Shown: positions 37,970 to 52,524 of the stretch, piece by piece
How positions within the stretch are numbered: position 1 is the stretch's first letter
Layout of the letters: the number at the start of each line of letters is the position of its first letter
Assembly: GCF_023055435.1 (NCBI RefSeq)
Contig: NW_025964112.1
Span: 40,548,001-40,612,000, forward strand
Length of the DNA stretch: 64,000 nucleotides
DNA from: Haliotis rufescens
Taxonomy: Eukaryota
Reading direction: 5' to 3'
The notes under the pieces: model-generated
Seen by the model: only the letters and a program-made list of their open reading frames with translations
What the model was told of the DNA's origin: nothing
Databases searched by the model: none
Position numbers and translations under genes: made by a program

Positions 37970-40900
37970 TTATTTGAGGACCGTAATTGCTCTGGTTTCC
38001 TATAATATATCTCTTGGACACAGTCAAACTGTGGAACCATTAGTGCTTCAATATACATTTTCAACGACTGACCACTGGCTGGCATTCCGACGGCCCGGGC
38101 GAAGCTGATCAAAGTGGAAACTGATGTCACTTCCTATTGATTGTTAACTGACACACAATACCAGAGATGGAGATCCCTGATTTTTCTTACACAACGAGAA
38201 AATCAGACAGCGAGTTGAACTTAATGCTCCTTTAAATAGTATGTCGGTTATTCTTCCGTGTGTCAGCTTAGTGAGAGACGAAAATTTGAATTGAAGATAT
38301 CACTGAAAGGAATATGATCGGAACGAAGCTTCGACCAGAGTGTCCTGGCACGTCTAAAGGATGTAACTATGCATAGAGAACTATGGCATAAATATTACTG
38401 TGTAACACTACTTAATATTGTAAGTCTCTTAGATTGTACATGTGCTATATATGTATTGTTATCCCTTTATGGGAGTTGTTCGTTTTGTTCTTGTTGTCAA
38501 ATGCAAATAAAGTTTAAATCAAATCATGATCCTGTGTTGTCTGCCTGATGTTCCATTTCAGGAAGACCTGATGTCAATATTGTCTAGTTATTCTATTACG
38601 TGTGACAATTTGACATTCTTCAGGAAAAGGAATATTTTTCTAATTCTTTAATGTTTTCCTGGAGTTTATTATCACATCTTGAAGCCACTACTTTATAATT
38701 GGCCATTACATGCCTACGTACCTGAAGGTAACTAGGGCCTTGTCTGTTCTGATAGCAAAAGGCTGGATTTAACATGATAAGCAGTAGAAAGAAAAATAGT
38801 AGAAATGAAGGAATAGCAGAGAAGTAAATGGATAGTGGTTGATGAGAAAGTGATGAATTTGATCAAATATGCTGCTTCTATCCCATTTGGACAGAACAAA
38901 TATCTACATTTTACACATTGCAAGCATATAAAATACCGGCAAAAGATCATTTGGTCCAGCGCTGGAGATATTCTCTATTTTAAACAAAACCGCTGCAATA
39001 AATAGTACAGCATTATCATTCAACCGTATCTCATCTAACATGCGTCAACTTTTGTAACTGCATTACTCTGAACCTTCATTCCAGTTGTATCGTTTTTCTT
39101 ACCACAAATCTGCAATTTCTCTCACCGTTCATCATTTGGAAATGATTAAATAAACATGTTCTATCAGTTCATTTTCCCGACATGCATGTATCTCATCCAA
39201 TAACAGATATAAATCGAACACGCCAAGTTTTTGACTAAATGTAAACTATTTTCATACACAACATATTTAATTCAAATGCCAGAAAAGACATGTAAATCTG
39301 TCAAAAGACGGGGAAAAGAGGCAGTGAACATGACATCATGTTGGTAGACATGGAATGGTTTCAGAAGTGATGGAATTCGAATATGATTAGTAAACACAAC
39401 ATGGTGCCAGTAGTCACAGAGATGTTCCTTGTATCTGTTCATATAGAACAAGATATCCGTTATCATTAATTAATGCTGTACTTGGAAGATGTAGACTGAT
39501 TAAAATACAGAATAACTGTGTTTGGTCCCCCAAAACTATCCGATGCCGATATTCAGTCACTTTTTAAGAATATTCTTTATCGCATATGGTTTGTCCATTT
39601 AATAAATAAGCAGTGGTTTGTTGTTTTCATTTATATCCATATTTTTATATTATGTCCATATTTCATGTACAATGCAAATTACCACTGTTATAAATAGCAT
39701 ACCACACATGTTAACAACAAATATAACGCGAATCTATTGCAGTCAAAGCAACATCTTGCAATATTCATTCTCAACGTGTCTCTATAATGTTTTTATATTT
39801 GTTATTGGGTATGTTTTCACAATTTAAGGTGTATACATACATTTTAATGTCGTAAAGTTTAACTCAAGTTTGACTCCATGCCTCATTTCTAAGTAAGATG
39901 AATTCCACATCGTTTATCTGAATCCAGTTTCGATAATGACATTTCCACAACATCCAGTGCGACACGAGCTCACACAGCAGTTGTTTTATGCACCCGACAT
40001 GCTATGGAGAACAATCATATCATTATTATCTGTATTATTTGTCAATACCCTCAATAATATAATCACTGTACAATTCCAACCATGCACGAAAAGAATATTT
40101 TCCAATTGTTGTGATTGAGCAATAACTGCAAATTAATCATTTCCGCTGAGTTTCTTCACACACTTTATTCAGTATATAAAGTATATGCTCTTTGTGTCAG
40201 ACTTCAATACAAAGTGCATCTATGAAATGTAACTGTTGTTTGAACATAGAGAAAATATCCATTTCACAAGAACACAAATACATTTACAGTGTTAAACAGA
40301 TTGTTATAGATTATAGGATATCGGGTGTATGATAACCTTATTAGGTTCTATAACATCGCCATCAACTCAAAAGCATGTGCATAGGGAAACTGTTGCACTG
40401 GATTTAATGATCTTAAACTTATCAATTGAAATAGACAAGTTGATCATCCACACTATCTTCTTATCAATTACCAGTTGTTTTAGTTAACTACGGAAACAAA
40501 CTCACTTGTGTATGTAATGAGATATTTGGTAAGAAAACAAGCACGTTTCTTACCATATTGATTTCTTACTTCTTCAATAAATACGGATTAAACATATTAG
40601 TACAGTACATACAGTACGTTCATAGTATCTAATAGTTCATCTTTCTAACGGATATCCATTTTAAACACCCTTGACGCAATTTTAGGATTGTTTCTTGGAA
40701 TAGGAATAGTTTTCTTCAGGTGGCGCTTTTCGTTTTATAAAGAAGCCATCATCTCGGCTCTTCATTTACGGAACGTGTGACTTTTTCCACACAGCGTGTG
40801 CGGAATGAATGAGCCTTGCATGGTGCATAGTCGGAAGATTCCTTTCTTGAACAAATTCCGGAAAAGATGGATGCCACTTACTTAGTGTCAAACGCAAACA

Positions 40901-41424
40901 AACTTCATTCCACTTTAGATGATTGTCAGAACATAGGTTTAAGTTTCAATGACGACTCCCGACATCACAGTAATTACAATGACCGTAAGTTCACTGACGT
41001 CAACAGCGTTTTCAATCTGTTTAAATCATTTCCGAATGCTAATTCAACTAATTGAATAGTAAAAATCACTGGACGCAAATACCTTACCTAATCTGATTAT
41101 GTTCTATTGTTTGTAAAGGATTAACTATTGATCGCTAATTTGATACTTAACGGCCTTTAATCCCCCGATCCCAACATGCTCTTTGGCACTTGTCACGTGA
41201 CCACAGCAGCAAAAGTAAACATTACAGTGTCACGTTCCCAATAATGCTAAGAGCGTTGGCGTGACATTGTAAAGTGATCAGTGTCACTTTGCGTTTGGCC
41301 ACGTGGTATTGGAAAAGGGGTATTAAACGTGATTTGTAGAGAGCCTAACATCACTGTTCTCTGGCAATTGAACATACAGCTAATGTTCATTCTTGTAACC
41401 GGATAACTCATACAACTAAGCAGC

Positions 41425-42812
41425 ATGAAGAGATGTGAATCTGAGCTCTGTCTCCTTGACAGCGACCTCTTAGAAAACACAACAAACACGTACAACAGAG
41501 ATAGCGAAGGTGAGTTAATACTCAATGGTATTATGTATGTAATGGATAAAGTCAAATAAATGAACACATAATATTCGTTGTTCCGTTCAGTATGCTCTCA
41601 GCATAAAAAATACTTGTTCTGAAGAAAACATAAAAAACTTCATCTTTTATATGAAACTATGCAAAGCTCTTTCAAAATATATCTTACTTGCGCATGAAAC
41701 AAGTGTCCATGTCAAATGAATGGCTAAATTTATGTAACATTTTCAGATGCAAGATCGTCGGGCTATGAATCGTGTGACTCATTCACCCAGGCCCCGTCAC
41801 CACCTTCAACTCCATCCTCCAAGGTCAGAGCCTCATCTAGCGGCCACAAGGAGGTAATGATGTACAGCAACATGGCCGACCTGTCAGAAAGTCTACAGTA
41901 CATCACTAGTATGCCGGAGTTGTGTGACGTCACTTTTCTAGTTGGCAACCGGCAGCTTCCCATTCATGGAGTTAAAGCAATCCTGGCTACCAGGAACAGG
42001 TAAATATCCCATACAACTGAAACACGCCAATTGTCTTTTATTCGGAAACTTTTAGAAGTAAACACCGTGATAAATGTGTGTAATCCAAATTAAAGCACAT
42101 GCAACAACATGATTATCTGGCAGTAAGGATTTAAGAAAGTAGCAATGCTTCAACACATACATTTCATCCCTGCCCTTTTATTATTATTCACACGTGCAGA
42201 TATGAGTTTCCTATGAGATCTGTAGATGAACATATACATAGTTTCCCTTCATCTTTCCAGGGTTTTCTATCAGATGATCTTGCATCACCAGAGGAAGGTC
42301 ACAGAGTCGGTGAAACCTAAATCTCGACTGAGGATGAGAGCCAAGTCGTCAGCTGTCAACCTGCACAGCAAACTCCAGATCCCAATCCCAGACTACGACC
42401 ATGTTGTCTTTTCCAGTCTTCTTAACTTCTTACACTCCGGCCGAGTTCGAGTACAACTTGGAACAGTCACAGGTGAGCAGTCAAATGTGTTTGGAGGAAG
42501 AAAAAACTTTCTGTTTATGACATTCGATATTGAAGCGTTTACTCCTTTACTGTAATAAACTGTAATATCAACAGTGAATTATAATATGTTATTATGAATA
42601 TAACATCCTCATATCAATGGCTGCTTCTTATTTGAACAGGTTTATTCTGTGCTGCCATAGAATTTGGACTGAAGGATCTGCAGAAAGCATGCTGGGACTT
42701 CTTAAAACGGTGTGAAGGTGAAGATCAGAAGAGGGCTTTGATGACGTCAACACAACACTACCTTAAGAAGAAGGGAGCTCAGAAAATCTTGTCCCAAGTG
42801 TGCAGGTTGTGA
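41425..42812 (+). CDS. BTB/POZ-domain protein, copy 4 (TRSR to TRNR variant)
   Basis: Same structure; exon 2 ends ...ACCAGGAACAG|GT. Confidence 0.85.
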
Positions 42813-45800
42813 TTATTTGAGGACCGTAATTGCTCTGGTTTCCTATAATATATCTCTTGGACACAGTCAAACTGTGGAACCATTAGTGCTTCAATATACA
42901 TTTTCAACGACTGACCACTGGCTGGCATTCCGACGGCCCGGGCGAAGCTGATCAAAGTGGAAACTGATGTCACTTCCTATTGATTGTTAACTGACACACA
43001 ATACCAGAGATGGAGATCCCTGATTTTTCTTACACAACGAGAAAATCAGACAGCGAGTTGAACTTAATGCTCCTTTAAATAGTATGTCGGTTATTCTTCC
43101 GTGTGTCAGCTTAGTGAGAGACGAAAATTTGAATTGACGCAGAAGATATCACTGAAAGGAATATGATCGGAACGAAGCTTCGACCAGAGTGTCCTGGCAC
43201 GTCTAAAGGATGTAACTATGCATAGAGAACTATGGCATAAATATTACTGTGTAACACTACTTAATATTGTAAGTCTCTTAGATTGTACATGTGCTATATA
43301 TGTATTGTTATCCCTTTATGGGAGTTGTTCGTTTTGTTCTTGTTGTCAAATGCAAATAAAATTTAAATCAAATCATGATCCTGTGTTGTCTGCCTGATGT
43401 TCCATTTCAGGAAGACCTGATGTCAATATTGTCTAGTTATTCTATTACGTGTGACAATTTGACATTCTTCAGGAAAAGGAATATTTTTCTAATTCTTTAA
43501 TGTTTTCCTGGAGTTTATTATCACATCTTGAAGCCACTACTTTATAATTGGCCATTACATGCCTACGTACCTGAAGGTAACTAGGGCCTTGTCTGTTCTG
43601 ATAGCAAAAGGCTGGATTTAACATGATAAGCAGTAGAAAGAAAAATAGTAGAAATGAAGGAATAGCAGAGAAGTAAATGGATAGTGGTTGATGAGAAAGT
43701 GATGAATTTGATCAAATATGCTGCTTCTATCCCATTTGGACAGAACAAATATCTACATTTTACACATTGCAAGCATATAAAATACCGGCAAAAGATCATT
43801 TGGTCCAGCGCTGGAGATATTCTCTATTTTAAACAAAACCGCTGCAATAAATAGTACAGCATTATCATTCAACCGTATCTCATCTAACATGCGTCAACTT
43901 TTGTAACTGCATTACTCTGAACCTTCATTCCAGTTGTATCGTTTTTCTTACCACAAATCTGCAATTTCTCTCACCGTTCATCATTTGGAAATGATTAAAT
44001 AAACATGTTCTATCAGTTCATTTTCCCGACATGCATGTATCTCATCCAATAACAGATATAAATCGAACACGCCAAGTTTTTGACTAAATGTAAACTATTT
44101 TCATACACAACATATTTAATTCAAATGCCAGAAAAGACATGTAAATCTGTCAAAAGACGGGGAAAAGAGGCAGTGAACATGACATCATGTTGGTAGACAT
44201 GGAATGGTTTCAGAAGTGATGGAATTCGAATATGATTAGTAAACACAACATGGTGCCAGTAGTCACAGAGATGTTCCTTGTATCTGTTCATATAGAACAA
44301 GATATCCGTTATCATTAATTAATGCTGTACTTGGAAGATGTAGACTGATTAAAATACAGAATAACTGTGTTTGGTCCCCCAAAACTATCCGATGCCGATA
44401 TTCAGTCACTTTTTAAGAATATTCTTTATCGCATATGGTTTGTCCATTTAATAAATAAGCAGTGGTTTGTTGTTTTCATTTATATCCATATTTTTATATT
44501 ATGTCAATATTTCATGAACAATGCAAATTACCACTGTTATAAATAGCATACCACACATGTTAACAACAAATATAACGCGAATCTATTGCAGTCAAAGCAA
44601 CATCTTGCAATATTCATTCTCAACGTGTCTCTATAATGTTTTTATATTTGTTATTGGGTATGTTTTCACAATTTAAGGTGTATACATACATTTTAATGTC
44701 GTAAAGTTTAACTCAAGTTTGACTCCATGCCTCATTTCTAAGTAAGATGAATTCCACATCGTTTATCTGAATCCAGTTTCGATAATGACATTTCCACAAC
44801 ATCCAGTGCGACACGAGCTCACACAGCAGTTGTTTTATGCACCCGACATGCTATGGAGAACAATCATATCATTATTATCTGTATTATTTGTCAATACCCT
44901 CAATAATATAATCACTGTACAATTCCAACCATGCACGAAAAGAATATTTTCCAATTGTTGTGATTGAGCAATAACTGCAAATTAATCATTTCCGCTGAGT
45001 TTCTTCACACACTTTATTCAGTATATAAAGTATATGCTCTTTGTGTCAGACTTCAATACAAAGTGCATCTATGAAATGTAACTGTTGTTTGAACATAGAG
45101 AAAATATCCATTTCACAAGAACACAAATACATTTACAGTGTTAAACAGATTGTTATAGATTATAGGATATCGGGTGTATGATAACCTTATTAGGTTCTAT
45201 AACATCGCCATCAACTCAAAAGCATGTGCATAGGGAAACTGTTGCACTGGATTTAATGATCTTAAACTTATCAATTGAAATAGACAAGTTGATCATCCAC
45301 ACTATCTTCTTATCAATTACCAGTTGTTTTAGTTAACTACGGAAACAAACTCACTTGTGTATGTAATGAGATATTTGGTAAGAAAACAAGCACGTTTCTT
45401 ACCATATTGATTTCTTACTTCTTCAATAAATACGGATTAAACATATTAGTACAGTACATACAGTACGTTCATAGTATCTAATAGTTCATCTTTCTAACGG
45501 ATATCCATTTTAAACACCCTTGACGCAATTTTAGGATTGTTTCTTGGAATAGGAATAGTTTTCTTCAGGTGGCGCTTTTCGTTTTATAAAGAAGCCATCA
45601 TCTCGGCTCTTCATTTACGGAACGTGTGACTTTATCCACACAGCGTGTGCGGAATGAATGAACCTTGCATGGTGCATAGTCAGAAGATTCCTTTCTTGAA
45701 CAAATTCCGGAAAAGATGGATGCCACTTACTTAGTGTCAAACGCAAACAAACTTCATTCCACTTTAGATGATTGTCAGAACATAGGTTTAAGTTTCAATG

Positions 45801-46273
45801 ACGACTCCCGACATCACAGTAATTACAATGACCGTAAGTTCACTGACGTCAACAGCGTTTTCAATCTGTTTAAATCATTTCCGAATGCTAATTCAACTAA
45901 TTGAATAGTAAAAATCACTGGACGCAAATACCTTACCTAATCTGATTATGTTCTATTGTTTGTAAAGGATTAACTATTGATCGCTAATTTGATACTTAAC
46001 GGCCTTTAATCCCCCGATCCCAACATGCTCTTTGGCACTTGTCACGTGACCACAGCAGCAAAAGTAAACATTACAGTGTCACGTTCCCAATAATGCTAAG
46101 AGCGTTGGCGTGACATTGTAAAGTGATCAGTGTCACTTTGCGTTTGGCCACGTGGTATTGGAAAAGGGGTATTAAACGTGATTTGTAGAGAGCCTAACAT
46201 CACTGTTCTCTGGCAATTGAACATACAGCTAATGTTCATTCTTGTAACCGGATAACTCATACAACTAAGCAGC

Positions 46274-47661
46274 ATGAAGAGATGTGAATCTGAGCTCTGT
46301 CTCCTTGACAGCGACCTCTTAGAAAACACAACAAACACGTACAACAGAGATAGCGAAGGTGAGTTAATACTCAATGGTATTATGTATGTAATCGATAAAG
46401 TCAAATAAATGAACACATAATATTCGTTGTTCCGTTCAGTATGCTCTCAGCATAAAAAATACTTGTTCTGAAGAAAACATAAAAAACTTCATCTTTTATA
46501 TGAAACTATGCAAAGCTCTTTCAAAATATATCTTACTTGCGCATGAAACAAGTGTCCATGTCAAATGAATGGCTAAATTTATGTAACATTTTCAGATGCA
46601 AGATCGTCGGGCTATGAATCGTGTGACTCATTCACCCAGGCCCCGTCACCACCTTCAACTCCATCCTCCAAGGTCAGAGCCTCATCTAGCGGCCACAAGG
46701 AGGTAATGATGTACAGCAACATGGCCGACCTGTCAGAAAGTCTACAGTACATCACTAGTATGCCGGAGTTGTGTGACGTCACTTTTCTAGTTGGCAACCG
46801 GCAGCTTCCCATTCATGGAGTTAAAGCAATCCTGGCTACCAGGAACAGGTAAATATCCCATACAACTGAAACACGCCAATTGTCTTTTATTCGGAAACTT
46901 TTAGAAGTAAACACCGTGATAAATGTGTGTATTCCAAATTAAAGCACATGCAACAACATGATTATCTGGCAGTAAGGATTTAAGAAAGTAGCAATGCTTC
47001 AACACATACATTTCATCCCTGCCCTTTTATTATTATTCACACGTGCAGATATGAGTTTCCTATGAGATCTGTAGATGAACATATACATAGTTTCCCTTCA
47101 TCTTTCCAGGGTTTTCTATCAGATGATCTTGCATCACCAGAGGAAGGTCACAGAGTCGGTGAAACCTAAATCTCGACTGAGGATGAGAGCCAAGTCGTCA
47201 GCTGTCAACCTGCACAGCAAACTCCAGATCCCAATCCCAGACTACGACCATGTTGTCTTTTCCAGTCTTCTTAACTTCTTACACTCCGGCCGAGTTCGAG
47301 TACAACTTGGAACAGTCACAGGTGAGCAGTCAAATGTGTTTGGAGGAAGAAAAAACTTTCTGTTTATGACATTCGATATTGTTGCGTTTACTCCTTTACT
47401 GTAATAAACTGTAATATCAACAGTGAATTATAATATGTTATTATGAATATAACATCCTCATATCAATGGCTGCTTCTTATTTGAACAGGTTTATTCTGTG
47501 CTGCCATAGAATTTGGACTGAAGGATCTGCAGAAAGCATGCTGGGACTTCTTAAAACGGTGTGAAGGTGAAGATCAGAAGAGGGCTTTGATGACGTCAAC
47601 ACAACACTACCTTAAGAAGAAGGGAGCTCAGAAAATCTTGTCCCAAGTGTGCAGGTTGTGA
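46274..47661 (+). CDS. BTB/POZ-domain protein, copy 5 (TRNR variant)
   Basis: Same structure; shares the Ser-to-Asn change with copy 4. Confidence 0.85.
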
Positions 47662-50600
47662 TTATTTGAGGACCGTAATTGCTCTGGTTTCCTATAATAT
47701 ATCTCTTGGACACAGTCAAACTGTGGAACCATTAGTGCTTCAATATACATTTTCAACGACTGACCATTGGCTGGCATTCCGACGGCCCGGGCGAAGCTGA
47801 TCAAAGTGGAAACTGATGTCACTTCCTATTGATTGTTAACTGACACACAATACCAGAGATGGAGATCCCTGATTTTTCTTACACAACGAGAAAATCAGAC
47901 AGCGAGTTGAACTTAATGCTCCTTTAAATAGTATGTCGGTTATTCTTCCGTGTGTCAGCTTAGTGAGAGACGAAAATTTGAATTGACGCAGAAGATATCA
48001 CTGAAAGGAATATGATCGGAACGAAGCTTCGACCAGAGTGTCCTGGCACGTCTAAGGGATGTAACTATGCATAGAGAACTATGGCGTAAATATTACTGTG
48101 TAACACTACTTAATATTGTAAGTCTCTTAGATTGTACATGTGCTATATATGTATTGTTATCCCTTTATGGGAGTTGTTCGTTTTGTTCTTGTTGTCAAAT
48201 GCAAATAAAATTTAAATCAAATCATGATCCTGTGTTGTCTGCCTGATGTTCCATTTCAGGAAGACCTGATGTCAATATTGTCTAGTTATTCTATTACGTG
48301 TGACAATTTGACATTCTTCAGGAAAAGGAATATTTTTCTAATTCTTTAATGTTTTCCTAGAGTTTATTATCACATCTTGAAGCCACTACTTTATAATTGG
48401 CCATTACATGCCTACGTACCTGAAGGTAACTAGGGCCTTGTCTGTTCTGATAGCAAAAGGCTGGATTTAACATGATAAGCAGTAGAAAGAAAAATAGTAG
48501 AAATGAAGGAATAGCAGAGAAGTAAATGGATAGTGGTTGATGAGAAAGTGATGAATTTGATCAAATATGCTGCTTCTATCCCATTTGGACAGAACAAATA
48601 TCTACATTTTACACATTGCAAGCATATAAAATACCGGCAAAAGATCATTTGGTCCAGCGCTGGAGATATTCTCTATTTTAAACAAAACCGCTGCAATAAA
48701 TAGTACAGCATTATCATTCAACCGTATCTCATCTAACATACGTCAACTTTTGTAACTGCATTACTCTGAACCTTCATTCCAGTTGTATCGTTTTTCTTAC
48801 CACAAATCTGCAATTTCTCTCACCGTTCATCATTTGGAAATGATTAAATAAACATGTTCTATCAGTTCATTTTCCCGACATGCATGTATCTCATCCAATA
48901 ACAGATATAAATCGAACACGCCAAGTTTTTGACTAAATGTAAACTATTTTCATACACAACATATTTAATTCAAATGCCAGAAAAGACATGTAAATCTGTC
49001 AAAAGACGGGGAAAAGAGGCAGTGAACATGACATCATGTTGGTAGACATGGAATGGTTTCAGAAGTGATGGAATTCGAATATGATTAGTAAACACAACAT
49101 GGTGCCAGTAGTCACAGAGATGTTCCTTGTATCTGTTCATATAGAACAAGATATCCGTTATCATTAATTAATGCTGTACTTGGAAGATGTAGACTGATTA
49201 AAATACAGAATAACTGTGTTTGGTCCCCAAAAACTATCCGATGCCGATATTCAGTCACTTTTTAAGAATATTCTTTATCGCATATGGTTTGTCCATTTAA
49301 TAAATAAGCAGTGGTTTGTTGTTTTCATTTATATCCATATTTTTATATTATGTCCATATTTCATGTACAATGCAAATTACCACTGTTATAAATAGCATAC
49401 CACACATGTTAACAACAAATATAACGCGAATCTATTGCAGTCAAAGCAACATCTTGCAATATTCATTCTCAACGTGTCTCTATAATGTTTTTATATTTGT
49501 TATTGGGTATGTTTTCACAATTTAAGGTGTATACATACATTTTAATGTCGTAAAGTTTAACTCAAGTTTGACTCCATGCCTCATTTCTAAGTAAGATGAA
49601 TTCCACATCGTTTATCTGAATCCAGTTTCGATAATGACATTTCCACAACATCCAGTGCGACACGAGCTCACACAGCAGTTGTTTTATGCACCCGACATGC
49701 TATGGAGAACAATCATATCATTATTATCTGTATTATTTGTCAATACCCTCAATAATATAATCACTGTACAATTCCAACCATGCACGAAAAGAATATTTTC
49801 CAATTGTTGTGATTGAGCAATAACTGCAAATTAATCATTTCCGCTGAGTTTCTTCACACACTTTATTCAGTATATAAAGTATATTATGCTCTTTGTGTCA
49901 GACTTCAATACAAAACGCATCTATGAAATGTAACTGTTGTTTGAACATAGAGAAAATATCCATTTCACAAGAACACAAATACATTTACAGTGTTAAACAG
50001 ATTGTTATAGATTATAGGATATCGGGTGTATGATAACCTTATTAGGTTCTATAACATCGCCATCAACTCAAAAGCATGTGCATAGGGAAACTGTTGCACT
50101 GGATTTAATGATCTTAAACTTATCAATTGAAATAGACAAGTTGATCATCCACACTATCTTCTTATCAATTACCAGTTGTTTTAGTTAACTACGGAAACAA
50201 AGTTAACTCACTTGTGTATGTAATGAGATATTTGGTAAGAAAACAAGCACGTTTCTTACCATATTGATTTCTTACTTCTTCAATAAATACGGATTAAACA
50301 TATTAGTACAGTACATACAGTACGTTCATAGTATCTAATAGACTAAGTTCATCTTTCTAACGGATATCCATTTTAAACACCCTTGACGCAATTTTAGGAT
50401 TGTTTCTTGGAATAGGAATAGTTTTCTTCAGGTGGCGCTTTTCGTTTTATAAAGAAGCCATCATCTCGGCTCTTCATTTACGTAACGTGTGACTTTATCC
50501 ACACAGCGTGTGCGGAATGAATGAGCCTTGCATGGTGCATAGTCAGAAGATTCCTTTCTTGAACAAATTCCGGAAAAGATGGATGCCACTTACTTAGTGT

Positions 50601-51136
50601 CAAACGCAAACAAACTTCATTCCACTTTAGATTATTGTCAGAACATAGGTTTAAGTTTCAATGACGACTCCCGACATCACAGTAATTACAATGATCGTAA
50701 GTTCACTGACGTCAACAGCGTTTTCAATCTGTTTAAATCATTTCCGAATGCTAATTCAACTAATTGAATAGTAAAAATCACTGGGCGCAAATACCTTACC
50801 TAATCTGATTATGTTCTATTGTTTGTAAAGGATTAACTATTGATCGCTAATTTGATACTTAACGGCCTTTAATCCCCCGATCCCAACATGCTCTTTGGCA
50901 CTTGTCACGTGACCACAGCAGCAAAAGTAAACATTACAGTGTCACGTTCCCAATAATGCTAAGAGCGTTGGCGTGACATTGTAAAGTGATCAGTGTCACT
51001 TTGCGTTTGGCCACGTGGTATTGGAAAAGGGGTATTAAACGTGATTTGTAGAGAGCCTAACATCACTGTTCTCTGGCAATTGAACATACAGCTAATGTTC
51101 ATTCTTGTAACCGGATAACTCATACAACTAAGCTGC

Positions 51137-52524
51137 ATGAAGAGATGTGAATCTGAGCTCTGTCTCCTTGACAGCGACCTCTTAGAAAACACAACAAACA
51201 CGTACAACAGAGATAGCGAAGGTGAGTTAATACTCAATGGTATTATGTATGTAATCGATAAAGTCAAATAAATGAACACATAATATTCGTTGTTCCGTTC
51301 AGTATGCTCTCAGCATAAAAAATACTTGTTCTGAAGAAAACATAAAAAACTTCATCTTTTATATGAAACTATGCAAAGCTCTTTCAAAATATATCTTACT
51401 TTCGCATGAAACAAGTGTCCATGTCAAATGAATGGCTAAATTTATGTAACATTTTCAGATGCAAGATCGTCGGGCTATGAATCGTGTGACTCATTCACCC
51501 AGGCCCCGTCACCACCTTCAACTCCATCCTCCAAGGTCAGAGCCTCATCTAGCGGCCACAAGGAGGTAATGATGTACAGCAACATGACCGACCTGTCAGA
51601 AAGTCTACAGTACATCACTAGTATGCCGGAGTTGTGTGACGTCACTTTTCTAGTTGGCAACCGGCAGCTTCCCATTCATGGAGTTAAAGCAATCCTGGCT
51701 ACCAGGAGCAGGTAAATATCCCATACAACTGAAACACGCCAATTGTCTTTTATTCGGAAACTTTTAGAAGTAAACACCGTGATAAATGTGTGTATCCCAA
51801 ATTAAAGCACATGCAACAACATGATTATCTGGCAGTAAGGATTTAAGAAAGTATCTGTGCTTCAACACATACATTTCATCCCTGCCCTTTTATTATTATT
51901 CACACGTGCAGATATGAGTTTCCTATGAGATCTGTAGATGAAAATATACATAGTTTCCCTTCATCTTTCCAGGGTTTTCTACCAGATGATCTTGCATCAC
52001 CAGAGGAAGGTCACAGAGTCGGTGAAACCTAAATCTCGACTGAGGATGAGAGCCAAGTCGTCAGCTGTCAATCTGCACAGCAAACTCCAGATCCCAATCC
52101 CAGACTACGACCATGTTGTCTTTTCCAGTCTTCTTAACTTCTTACACTCCGGCCGAGTTCGAGTACAACTTGGAACAGTCACAGGTGAGCAGTCAAATGT
52201 GTTTGGAGGAAGAAAAAACTTTCTGTTTATGACATTCGATATTGTTGCGTTTACTCCTTTACTGTAATAAACTGTAATATCAACAGTGAATTATAATATG
52301 TTATTATGAATATAACATCCTCATATCAATGGCTGCTTCTTATTTGAACAGGTTTATTCTGTGCTGCCATAGAATTTGGACTGAAGGATCTGCAGAAAGC
52401 ATGCTGGGACTTCTTAAAACGGTGTGAAGGTGAAGATCAGAAGAGGGCTTTGATGACGTCAACACAACACTACCTTAAGAAGAAGGGAGCTCAGAAAATC
52501 TTGTCCCAAGTGTGCAGGTTGTGA
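51137..52524 (+). CDS. BTB/POZ-domain protein, copy 6 (MAD to MTD variant)
   Basis: Same structure; exon 2 has AACATGACCGAC, as in copy 8. Confidence 0.85.
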
